Source: Nanobdellota archaeon (GTDB taxonomy: Archaea > Nanobdellota > Nanobdellia > Parvarchaeales > Parvarchaeaceae). Taken from it: DNA of 64,000 nt. This document shows positions 27,561 to 35,635 of the stretch, piece after piece. Under the pieces are notes generated by a model. It worked only from the letters and a program-made list of their open reading frames with translations. It made no database searches and was not told where the DNA came from. Each line of letters starts with the position of its first letter. Within the stretch, counting starts at the first letter, position 1. Both the position numbers and the translations under genes were made by a program. Location: positions 13,477 to 77,476 of the forward strand of contig JAJZBD010000006.1 of assembly GCA_021799085.1 (NCBI GenBank), read 5' to 3'.

Positions 27561-29450
27561 ATGGACATAAAAAAGGAAATAACGGAATTCATAGCTGACA
27601 AGTCCCTTATAGAGGACATAAACTTTGAGGTTTCAAACATAGTTATATACACAAAGAACAGAAACTTCTTTCTTGACAATACAGAAATCATAAGAAACCT
27701 TGTAAGTAAGGAGAAGAAAAGAGTAGAGGTAAGGCTTGACCCATCTCTTCTTCTAAATGAAAAAGAAGCAGAAGAAAAGATAAGAAAGATGGATTTTGGC
27801 GAAGCGCATATAACTGATTTTTGGTTTGACGAACCTAGAAGCATTGTAACTATAGAAGCTGAAAGACCGGAAATTTTATCGGGGGACAGAAAAGCAGGCA
27901 TAAACAAGATAAAGGAAGAAACCGGCTGGTCTGTTATACTTGCACGTTCTCCACTTATAAAGTCTGATATAGTAAAGGCCATAAGGGAGATGCTTTACGA
28001 CAACTCGAAATTCAGGAGAAAAATGCTTAATGAAATTGGCGAAAGCATATACAACTCCAAATTTGAGGTTGATGACAAGTACTGGGTGAGGATAAGCGCT
28101 CTGGGTGCATTCAGGCATGTTGGAAGATCTGCTGTATTGGTTCAAACGCCAATAAGTTCTGTGCTTTTGGATGTTGGTGTTGATGTAAGCAATCCAAAGG
28201 AACCTGTTCCTAGGGTAGACGCTCCGGAGTTTGACATTTCTAAGTTAGCTGCAGTGGTGATAACACATAGTCATCTAGATCACTGCGGTTTCCTTCCTGC
28301 GCTTTACAAATACGGTTACAAAGGCCCTGTGTACTCGACTGCCCCAACAAGGGATGTTATGACTTTGCTTCACTTAGATTACATAAACCTTGCAAGCAGG
28401 ACAAACTCCAAATTGTTGTTTGACGTTGATGATGTAAAAGAAATGCTTAAGCACTCAATAACACTGCCCTTCCATGAAGTCACTGACATTACACCTGATA
28501 TAAGAATAACTCTGCACAATGCCGGACACATTTTAGGGTCAGCAATGATTCATTTAAACATAGGAAATGGCTTCTACAACGTACTTTACACTGGAGATTT
28601 CAAATATGACAATTCAAAGACACTAAACAGGGCAGAAACGCAGTTTGAAAGGGTTGAAACGCTGATAATGGAAAGCACTTACGGAGGAGATTCGGACACA
28701 CAGCCATCTAGAACAGAAACGGAACAGTTCTTCCTTGACATAATAAGCAAAACGATAGCAAACAACGGCAAAGTGCTTGTGCCCGTACTTGGTGTAGGAA
28801 GGGCCCAGGAGTTGATGCTTCTTATAGAGGAATGGCAGCGCTACGGTCTTTTGCCTGAAGCGCCGGTAATAGTGGATGGAATGCTTTGGGATGTAACTGC
28901 AATCTACACAGTTTACCCAGAGTTCATGAACAGCGAAACAAGAAACAGGATAATAGCGCACAACAACAACCCTTTTCTTTCCCCAATATTCAAGCACACT
29001 GTAAGTGAGGAAGAAAGACAGCAGGTTCTTGCAGGAGGGCCCGCAATTATACTTGCAACCTCTGGAATGTTAAACGGCGGACCAGCGGTTAGCTACTTTG
29101 CAAACTTGTGTGAAGATCCGAAGAATGCTATTGTTCTTGTTTCTTACCAAGGTGTCGGGACACTTGGAAGAACAATACAGAACGGAGGGAGAGAGGTTGA
29201 CATAGAGCTTAATGGAAAGCTCAGGCATTTCTCGGTAAGCGCATTAGTCTACTCAATAGAGGGATTCTCCGGCCACTCCGATAGGAAGCAACTGGAAAGA
29301 TTTGTAAATGACATAAGGCCAAGGCCTAGAAAAATAATAATAGGGCATGGAGAAGAAGGGAAGATACTAGAGCTTTCCAGTTATATAAGGAAAAGATTCA
29401 GGGTAGAGACACACGCTCCGCACGTATTAGATGCTTTGCGTCTAAAATAA
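27561..29450 (+). CDS. Archaeal CPSF1 homolog (KH domains + metallo-beta-lactamase/beta-CASP ribonuclease)
   Basis: 629 aa; HSHLDHCG motif; beta-CASP and RMMBL C-terminus; N-terminal KH-like region. Confidence 0.9.
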   Translation: MDIKKEITEFIADKSLIEDINFEVSNIVIYTKNRNFFLDNTEIIRNLVSKEKKRVEVRLDPSLLLNEKEAEEKIRKMDFGEAHITDFWFDEPRSIVTIEAERPEILSGDRKAGINKIKEETGWSVILARSPLIKSDIVKAIREMLYDNSKFRRKMLNEIGESIYNSKFEVDDKYWVRISALGAFRHVGRSAVLVQTPISSVLLDVGVDVSNPKEPVPRVDAPEFDISKLAAVVITHSHLDHCGFLPALYKYGYKGPVYSTAPTRDVMTLLHLDYINLASRTNSKLLFDVDDVKEMLKHSITLPFHEVTDITPDIRITLHNAGHILGSAMIHLNIGNGFYNVLYTGDFKYDNSKTLNRAETQFERVETLIMESTYGGDSDTQPSRTETEQFFLDIISKTIANNGKVLVPVLGVGRAQELMLLIEEWQRYGLLPEAPVIVDGMLWDVTAIYTVYPEFMNSETRNRIIAHNNNPFLSPIFKHTVSEEERQQVLAGGPAIILATSGMLNGGPAVSYFANLCEDPKNAIVLVSYQGVGTLGRTIQNGGREVDIELNGKLRHFSVSALVYSIEGFSGHSDRKQLERFVNDIRPRPRKIIIGHGEEGKILELSSYIRKRFRVETHAPHVLDALRLK

Positions 29451-30002
29451 TCAGTTCAAAGCCTTCTGTATATAAAGCTTGTAAACAGCTTCCAACGCTT
29501 TTATGTATGCCGGCAAAATCCTTTCCCTTCCGTCCTTAAACTCCTTAAAGCCGTATTCTTTGAAGCTTTCATCTGATGCTAGGTTTGCAAGGAATTCTAC
29601 AATCAATTCACTGTAAACAAACTCTTGCAATAGCTTATTGTCAACTAACATTCCTTCTAGGTACTTAACCCTGTTGTAAAACCTTCCAAAAAGTTTTCTG
29701 TCTACATAATCCCTGTTAGTTTCAAACCAGTATCTAAGGAGCGACTTTCCGCCATTTCTTTCGTTAATGTACCTTACGTCTTCATCTGCTTCCTTAAAGT
29801 CATTGTATCTTTTACCGCTTAAATCGGTAGGATCATAGAAATTGCCATATTCCCGGTAAGCCTTTGAATAGGCCCTAAAAACGCCGTAACCTAGGTTGAA
29901 AAACTGCGCCTTTATCTGCGAACTGGAAAGCAGGGTTTCAAGCTTTTTCATCGTCAAAGGTTTTTCCATTTTAATCGTTGTTAATCCTGTAAATAAGCTC
30001 AA
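29451..30002 (-). CDS. Hypothetical protein, tandem paralog A
   Basis: 183 aa; shares LxxxLSxSQxKxQ...LGYxVF and RDY...FGxxYxRV blocks with 29971..30498. Confidence 0.4.
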   Translation of the reverse strand: MSLFTGLTTIKMEKPLTMKKLETLLSSSQIKAQFFNLGYGVFRAYSKAYREYGNFYDPTDLSGKRYNDFKEADEDVRYINERNGGKSLLRYWFETNRDYVDRKLFGRFYNRVKYLEGMLVDNKLLQEFVYSELIVEFLANLASDESFKEYGFKEFKDGRERILPAYIKALEAVYKLYIQKALN

Positions 30003-30498
30003 CTACCTTTCCGAAAATCCAGATAAGTTCTTCGTCTTTATCTTTCGGTGTGAACCTTCTTTTTCCAATGTAGAAAAAATCATCTCCCTCTGCCTCCATC
30101 AATGAATCATTGAACTGGGCATTTATGAAATTCCTATAGATAGAATTATATCCGCTTTTCCCGAATTTCTCTAGTATCTTGTTTTTTAACGACATTACCC
30201 TTTCATACTCGTTTCCAAAAACAGCCTTCGGCCTGTAATCCCTAGAATCAGAAAGGTATCTGTACATTATGCCGCGGTAAGCGCTGTTCTTTTCCGATAG
30301 CTCTTCTGCTATCTCGTCAAATTCCTGCTTCTTCTCAGTTGGAAACATTTTCCGTATATTTTCATCGAATTTGCCCTCTTCATACATGTCGGACAAAAAA
30401 GAGAATACGTTGTAGCCCAAAGAATCGACCTGTTTTTTGAATTGGCTCTGTGAAAGAAATATCTCAAGCCTGCCTTCAGCCTTAGGAATGCCTTCCAT
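29971..30498 (-). CDS. Hypothetical protein, tandem paralog B
   Basis: 175 aa; paralogous to 29451..30002; overlaps it by 32 nt. Confidence 0.4.
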   Translation of the reverse strand: MEGIPKAEGRLEIFLSQSQFKKQVDSLGYNVFSFLSDMYEEGKFDENIRKMFPTEKKQEFDEIAEELSEKNSAYRGIMYRYLSDSRDYRPKAVFGNEYERVMSLKNKILEKFGKSGYNSIYRNFINAQFNDSLMEAEGDDFFYIGKRRFTPKDKDEELIWIFGKVVELIYRINND

Positions 30499-30583
30499 CG
30501 ATTATTATATGAATGAACAACGAATAAGTACTTTTTTCTCCGGCTTATTAAACATTTTTATTATAAAACTTCCATTATAAGCA

Positions 30584-31150
30584 GTGAAAAAAGACGTTTT
30601 GATTATAGGTTTGTCTTCCCTTCCGGGAGGGGGAAAGGATTACATAGCTGATATTCTGACAGAAAAATACGGCTTCTACAAGATTTCCCCGGGGGATATA
30701 ATAAGAGAGAAACTTTCAAAGATGAAGAAGGGGAAGATATCAAGGGAAGAGCAGCAAAAGCTCCAAGGCATACTGAGAGAAAAGTATGGAAAAGACTATG
30801 TGATGGAACTCTGCATGAAAAGGATAAAGAGCGTGAAAAAAGACAGAATAGCAATAGCCGGCATACGCTTTCCAAACGACATTAAGTTCTTCAAAAGGCA
30901 GAAGGGAGTAAGATTCTACAACATATTCGTTTACGCTCCTGTAATGGTGAGGTTCAAAAGAACAATGGACAGGAAAAGGATTGACGCCCCTTCATCATAC
31001 AAGGAATTCTTAAAAGGCGACAGAAACGAGAGAAAGATATTCAATTTAAAGGAAACTGAAAAGCTTTCAGATTTCAGGCTTGAAAACAGCGAGAATGACT
31101 CTGCAGAATTAAAAGAAAAGATAAAAAGGATAATTGAAAAAACACTGTAA
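30584..31150 (+). CDS. P-loop nucleotide/nucleoside kinase-like protein (UPF0200/MJ1399-like)
   Basis: 188 aa; Walker A-like GLSSLPGGGKD (Asp in place of Ser/Thr); AGIRFPNDIKFF and RNERKIFNL blocks resemble small archaeal CMP/AMP-kinase-related proteins. Confidence 0.5.
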   Translation: MKKDVLIIGLSSLPGGGKDYIADILTEKYGFYKISPGDIIREKLSKMKKGKISREEQQKLQGILREKYGKDYVMELCMKRIKSVKKDRIAIAGIRFPNDIKFFKRQKGVRFYNIFVYAPVMVRFKRTMDRKRIDAPSSYKEFLKGDRNERKIFNLKETEKLSDFRLENSENDSAELKEKIKRIIEKTL

Positions 31151-31264
31151 TTCTATAAAAACTAAATCTTTTTTTCCATTCACTTTTTCAACATTTCTAC
31201 GTAATCGGCTAGATTTGAGATAATGTTGAGCATTTATAAAACAAATGTCAAAAAAGACAAAAAT

Positions 31265-31951
31265 TCAATTTTCTTTTCCAACCTTTACAGCTTCTTCTAT
31301 GTTCAGGTATGCTTTTCCTTCGTCTTTTACTACGCTGCTTTTTGTTATCTTTATCGCATAATTGAAATTCGGGCCATCCAAAACAGCTGTCTCGGCTTCT
31401 CCGCCTTCAAAACCGAGGTTAAACCTGTATTTCCTGCTTAGCTCTATGAGCTTTTCCAGGTTTTCTAGGTTTATCTCCCTGCCAAGCCATCTTTCATCCA
31501 AGCCGTCGGCAGAAACTGACACTATAACTGCATAAAAGCCGTCTTTTATCAAGTTTCTAAGGTACTGCTCAACGTTAACGTGCCACAGCGGTGTTATAGA
31601 AACAAGCCGGAGGTCCTTAAGTATAGCATTTATCCTACTATACTGGTATTCGCTTGCAAGTGCGCCACTTACAATTCCTTCTATCCCATATCTTTCTTTA
31701 ATTTCTGATATAAACTCCTTTAGATCCGAAAGCTCTTCTTCTTTTATTCCTTTGGTCTTATGTCTTTCCAGAGGTATTGAAAGAGCATCTGCCTGCATCT
31801 TGAGTAAAGAATCGCCAACAGTGTGAAACATGTATGAGTCCTTGTTTTCCGAGTACATGTTCATTAAACACACTACCTCATTCTCTTTTCCTGCCAAGAA
31901 CGCTGAATACGTTGAGTCTTTTCCGCCGGTAAACAAAGCTCCTAATTTCAT
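31265..31951 (-). CDS. dph6: Diphthine--ammonia ligase (Dph6; MJ0570-family PP-loop ATPase)
   Basis: 228 aa; PP-loop FTGGKDST; C-terminal FEGGEAETAVLDGPNF matches the GEGGEYET motif of MJ0570-type diphthamide synthetases. Confidence 0.7.
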   Translation of the reverse strand: MKLGALFTGGKDSTYSAFLAGKENEVVCLMNMYSENKDSYMFHTVGDSLLKMQADALSIPLERHKTKGIKEEELSDLKEFISEIKERYGIEGIVSGALASEYQYSRINAILKDLRLVSITPLWHVNVEQYLRNLIKDGFYAVIVSVSADGLDERWLGREINLENLEKLIELSRKYRFNLGFEGGEAETAVLDGPNFNYAIKITKSSVVKDEGKAYLNIEEAVKVGKEN

Positions 31952-31999
31952 GCAATCACCTAAACTAAGTTATATATTGCTATCCCATTTAATAATTAT

Positions 32000-32560
32000 A
32001 TGATGAAGCAGTTCATGCTTGCCAACGAGAAAGTTATAAGGTCAGAGAAGCCTTCTATACTAGGACAGAAGGAATTCTGGAGAGGCGTGTGGCTTATTGT
32101 TATTTCTATAATAATATTCGCTGCCTTGTCCCTATTTGAACCTAATTATGATCTATCGTTTTCAGCTGCTCTTTCTTATGTTGGGATAAAGAATATTCCT
32201 CTTATTGGCTCTCTGCCCATCATTTCAACTGTTTTAGAGATTATAGGTATAATATATATATTCATTTCTGAGCTACAAGTCTACTTTATAGAATACATAA
32301 TAACCAATTCTAGGGTAATCATACAAAAAGGGGTGATAGCAAAGGACACAAACATAATCCTTCCTTCAAAGATAAGTGATGTTTCCGTTGACATAAGCAT
32401 TTTAGACCGGATTCTTAAGCTGGGAAAAGTTGTCATAAGGCCCGAAGAGCAGGGCCGGCCCAACATCATACTTCGGGGCATACGTGACCCCTACTCCTTT
32501 CAAGGAGCGGTTCTAAAGCTTATCGGCAACGTGACATACCAAAACCCAAATGGAAGCTGA
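32000..32560 (+). CDS. Membrane protein with bacterial PH (bPH_2/DUF304, YdbS/YdbT-like) domain
   Basis: 186 aa; two N-terminal TM helices then SRVIIQKGVIAKDTNIILPSKISDVSVDISILDRILKLGKVVI, typical of bPH_2. Confidence 0.55.
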   Translation: MMKQFMLANEKVIRSEKPSILGQKEFWRGVWLIVISIIIFAALSLFEPNYDLSFSAALSYVGIKNIPLIGSLPIISTVLEIIGIIYIFISELQVYFIEYIITNSRVIIQKGVIAKDTNIILPSKISDVSVDISILDRILKLGKVVIRPEEQGRPNIILRGIRDPYSFQGAVLKLIGNVTYQNPNGS

Positions 32561-33113
32561 GGTTTTAACCAGACAAGCGGGATTCTTCATTTCAGCGCTT
32601 ACTACATTATCGCTGGCTATACTTTCAATTGAATTTATCTTGGATTACAAGCTTTCATTCTTCCCTTTCTCATTTATAATTGTCCTTTACCTTGCGGGCC
32701 TTTACCTAAGAAACCAGTTCTGGAGAAAGGCCTGGAAAAAAGACAGGAAAACGCTTTTCAGGTATTCTTATGTCATTATATGGATTCTTGGGATAGCACT
32801 GCTTCTTATATTTCTCTACTTTGGAAGCAACCAAATTGTCATCTACCCTTTAAGCCACTACGCCCTTAACTTTTATCTGCTCCTTATTGCATTGCTATGG
32901 ACTGTTTATTCTGCCTTGGAACTTTACATGCTTGACAACATAAGCTCGCTGGTAAAATACAGGAATGCAAATTACCTTTCTATAGCTGCAATCCTTCTGA
33001 TTGATCTTTCATTTCTGTTAATGAACCACTTCGTTTACATCCTTCCAATATCTTTGCTACTGCTTTCAATATCGACTTTGATTTCTGGTATACGCCTAAA
33101 AACGATTTATTAA
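32550..33113 (+). CDS. Polytopic membrane protein (hypothetical)
   Basis: 187 aa; ~5 hydrophobic segments. Confidence 0.4.
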   Translation: MEAEVLTRQAGFFISALTTLSLAILSIEFILDYKLSFFPFSFIIVLYLAGLYLRNQFWRKAWKKDRKTLFRYSYVIIWILGIALLLIFLYFGSNQIVIYPLSHYALNFYLLLIALLWTVYSALELYMLDNISSLVKYRNANYLSIAAILLIDLSFLLMNHFVYILPISLLLLSISTLISGIRLKTIY

Positions 33114-33394
33114 ATAAATGCTGTTAAGAAAAGCAGCGGAAATATTACAACAAACATTATTATTTCCCCTATAAAAAGATACAAAGCCATACTTGACAAG
33201 TACTTATCCTTGTCCTTTTCTATGAAGTAAAGGATTAGGTCTCCAAGCCACCCTAAGATGAAAAGAACGCCAAATATTCTATCCTTGTCGTCTTTGCTTA
33301 CTAAAGAATATATTAGAGCAACGAGTTGGCCTATACCTATAAATCCTAAAAGAATCCAAATCTTACTTGCTTCTTGTTTAGTATTCCAAACCAT
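33110..33394 (-). CDS. Small membrane protein (hypothetical)
   Basis: 94 aa; three hydrophobic segments. Confidence 0.35.
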   Translation of the reverse strand: MVWNTKQEASKIWILLGFIGIGQLVALIYSLVSKDDKDRIFGVLFILGWLGDLILYFIEKDKDKYLSSMALYLFIGEIIMFVVIFPLLFLTAFI

Positions 33395-33440
33395 ATGATT
33401 TCTAAGTTATATTAGCTTAAAAGCTTTGTCTTTTAAAAAT

Positions 33441-33485
33441 GCAGAAAATGGAATTTGAACCCCGAAGGCCTAAGCCGCTAATCCT
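33441..33485 (-). repeat. Degenerate direct repeat of the 3' half (acceptor 3' strand, T-arm, variable arm) of tRNA-Leu(CAG); putative att remnant
   Basis: gcagaaaatggaatttgaaccccgaaggcctaagccgct matches gcagagagggggatttgaacccccgaaggcctaagccact at 34601..34640; no 5' half or foldable T-stem. Confidence 0.55.
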
Positions 33486-33625
33486 TGTATATTACCAAGT
33501 TTTCATCCATTTACACAACAGAATTATCAGACAAGCTTGCAAATAAAATATTTAAAATATGCTGGTATTAAGAGCAGATTGGTATATGTTAAAGTATTTA
33601 AACATGTGTAAACTATATTTAACAT

Positions 33626-34150
33626 ATGTTAGATATAATTAACAACTTAACAATGTTTTTTGAAGACAACTACGCAAAGATAAACATAAGACGTTATTCG
33701 CGGTTTATGAAAATATCCCCGCCAACTGCTTCAAAGTTATTAAAAAAATACGAAGAAGAAAACCTACTAGAAAGCTCGAAATATGAAAGATATATCTTTT
33801 TTAACGCTAAACGTGACAGTAAGGATTTTATCGATCTTTCTAGGATATACTGGCGAAATAAGCTAAAAGAGCTAAGCTCATTTTTGATCAGCAAATCTAC
33901 ATCAGAGCCTACTATAGTACTTTTTGGCTCCCTGTCCAAAGCGGAGGTCAAAAAGGATTCAGACGTTGATTTAGCGGTCATCAGTCTAAATAATTTATTA
34001 AGTCAGTTAAAGGACACTGAGCTATCCATTTTTGAAAGAAACATCGGCAGAAAAGTAGAGATATTCAGCTTTAAATCGCTTGAGGAAGCAAGCAAGCTAC
34101 CAATTTGGAAAGCAATATTAAATGGATATATTTTAAGTGGGAGACTATAG
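33626..34150 (+). CDS. Winged-HTH + minimal nucleotidyltransferase (MNT) domain protein, HEPN/MNT-type antitoxin-like
   Basis: 174 aa; NTase motif GSLSKAEVKKDSDVDLAVI (GS...D.D); N-terminal HTH-like segment; 4-nt gap to the downstream HEPN gene. Confidence 0.65.
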   Translation: MLDIINNLTMFFEDNYAKINIRRYSRFMKISPPTASKLLKKYEEENLLESSKYERYIFFNAKRDSKDFIDLSRIYWRNKLKELSSFLISKSTSEPTIVLFGSLSKAEVKKDSDVDLAVISLNNLLSQLKDTELSIFERNIGRKVEIFSFKSLEEASKLPIWKAILNGYILSGRL

Positions 34151-34153
34151 GAT

Positions 34154-34567
34154 ATGGACTGGAAAGAGTGCATTGGTTCTGGTATGGCAAAGGAAATAAC
34201 GCCAGATAAGGAGATGGTAAACTCTCTGTTGTCTTCAGCCGATAAACGAATCAAATCAGTAAATTTATTAAAGACAGACAACATAACAGCAAATTCAAAA
34301 CTTTCGCTAGCTTATGACGCGTTGCGGGAAGTTCTAGAGGCGCTGGCAATAAAGCAGGGGTATAAAGTATACAATCACGAGTGTTACACATGTTTTCTTA
34401 GAGAGCTGTTAAAAGCTAGCTTTGAAGCAGAAGAATTTGATAGTTTAAGAAGGACAAGAAATAAAATAAACTATTATGGAAAGGAACTATCTATTAACGA
34501 GTCTGATGAGCTAGTTAAAAAAATTAAGAGCCTTAGAAATAATATAATTAGAAATTATAAATTATAA
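34154..34567 (+). CDS. HEPN domain protein (partner of MNT)
   Basis: 137 aa; all-helical; paralogous to the frameshifted HEPN at 53469..53941; the conserved Arg block RRTRNKINYY lacks the canonical downstream His. Confidence 0.55.
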   Translation: MDWKECIGSGMAKEITPDKEMVNSLLSSADKRIKSVNLLKTDNITANSKLSLAYDALREVLEALAIKQGYKVYNHECYTCFLRELLKASFEAEEFDSLRRTRNKINYYGKELSINESDELVKKIKSLRNNIIRNYKL

Positions 34568-34599
34568 CATTTTAGCTAATCTACTTTAAAAAGTTAACA

Positions 34600-34684
34600 T
34601 GCAGAGAGGGGGATTTGAACCCCCGAAGGCCTAAGCCACTGGCCCCTGAAGCCAGCACGTTTGACCGAGCTTCGCTATCTCTGC
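34600..34684 (-). tRNA. tRNA-Leu (anticodon CAG), class II with long variable arm
   Basis: Folded by hand: acceptor GCAGAGA/UCUCUGC; anticodon stem CUGGC/GCCAG with loop UUCAGGG; variable arm UGGCUUAGGCC; T-arm GGGGG-UUCAAAU-CCCCC; discriminator A; no CCA. Confidence 0.85.
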
Positions 34685-35000
34685 TTTTTTATATAGAGAG
34701 TTAATCAACGACTCTAAATATATGTTTATATTATTTAGAAAAATCGCTCTGCAGCAGAATAAAAAAATCAAAAAATTATTTATATGATGAGTGAATTTTA
34801 TATAACATGGCAACAAAGAAAAAAGCAGCTAAAAAAGGAAAAAAGAAGAGGTAAGATCTCTTTAATAAACTAAATATTACCGCCAATTCAACCGTTAAAA
34901 CGGTTTAATTCTTCTGATCCTTTTTTAAAAAGAGTTTTTTATTTTTTAAATTTTCATTTTTTTCCTTAAAGTTTATATATTATCCTTTTCTATTCAATAA

Positions 35001-35561
35001 ATGCAGCATTTAGAAAAATTATTAAAGGAAGAAAACGGCACTGCTATAATAGTTTTAGGCGGAAGCAATGAGAGATTCAGGAAAAGGCTGGAGAAGGCAA
35101 TTGAGCTGTATGAAAAGAAAGACAATCCACTTTTGCTTATAGCGGGGCAGGACATACCTTCCGATAAAAATGCAATGGAAATGCTTAAAGACAAGGAATT
35201 CTTGTATGAGAACAAATCTGTTAATACCTACGATAATGCAGTAAACTCATTTGAAATGCTCCGCATTATGAAAGCACAGGATCCTTTTAATTTCTCAAAT
35301 GAAGGCCATGAGAATTACTGCAGAAACTTTTCTAAGGTCATAGTGGTGACAGACACATTGCACATGCCAAGAGCTAAGAGGTATTTTTCCAAGGTATTCA
35401 ATGAAACTTATAATATTTCATTTGTGAATGTGGCAGAAGAAAAGAAGGATTTGTTTAATAAGCTTATCTATGAAGGCATAGGATATCTACTTTCGTTTTT
35501 GCCAAAGGAATACCTTAATTTTGCAAAGTCCGTAAAGCAAAAATACTTCCCAAGGCTTTAA
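35001..35561 (+). CDS. DUF218 (YdcF/SanA/ElyC-like) domain protein
   Basis: 186 aa; IVLGGS...R...AIELY...NTYDNA...VVTDTLHMPRA pattern of DUF218. Confidence 0.6.
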   Translation: MQHLEKLLKEENGTAIIVLGGSNERFRKRLEKAIELYEKKDNPLLLIAGQDIPSDKNAMEMLKDKEFLYENKSVNTYDNAVNSFEMLRIMKAQDPFNFSNEGHENYCRNFSKVIVVTDTLHMPRAKRYFSKVFNETYNISFVNVAEEKKDLFNKLIYEGIGYLLSFLPKEYLNFAKSVKQKYFPRL

Positions 35562-35635
35562 TGTACAAAACAGCAAGTATAAATAGTATAAGTTACAAAA
35601 TCTAAAAATAACAATATAATAGAAGGTGAATTTAA

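Noticed and set aside
33441-33500. Possible independent tRNA gene at the 33.44 kb GC-rich patch
   Set aside because: Only the 3' acceptor/T-arm/variable-arm-like portion is present; no complementary 5' acceptor strand within 150 bp and the T-stem cannot pair. Interpreted as a degenerate repeat of tRNA-Leu.
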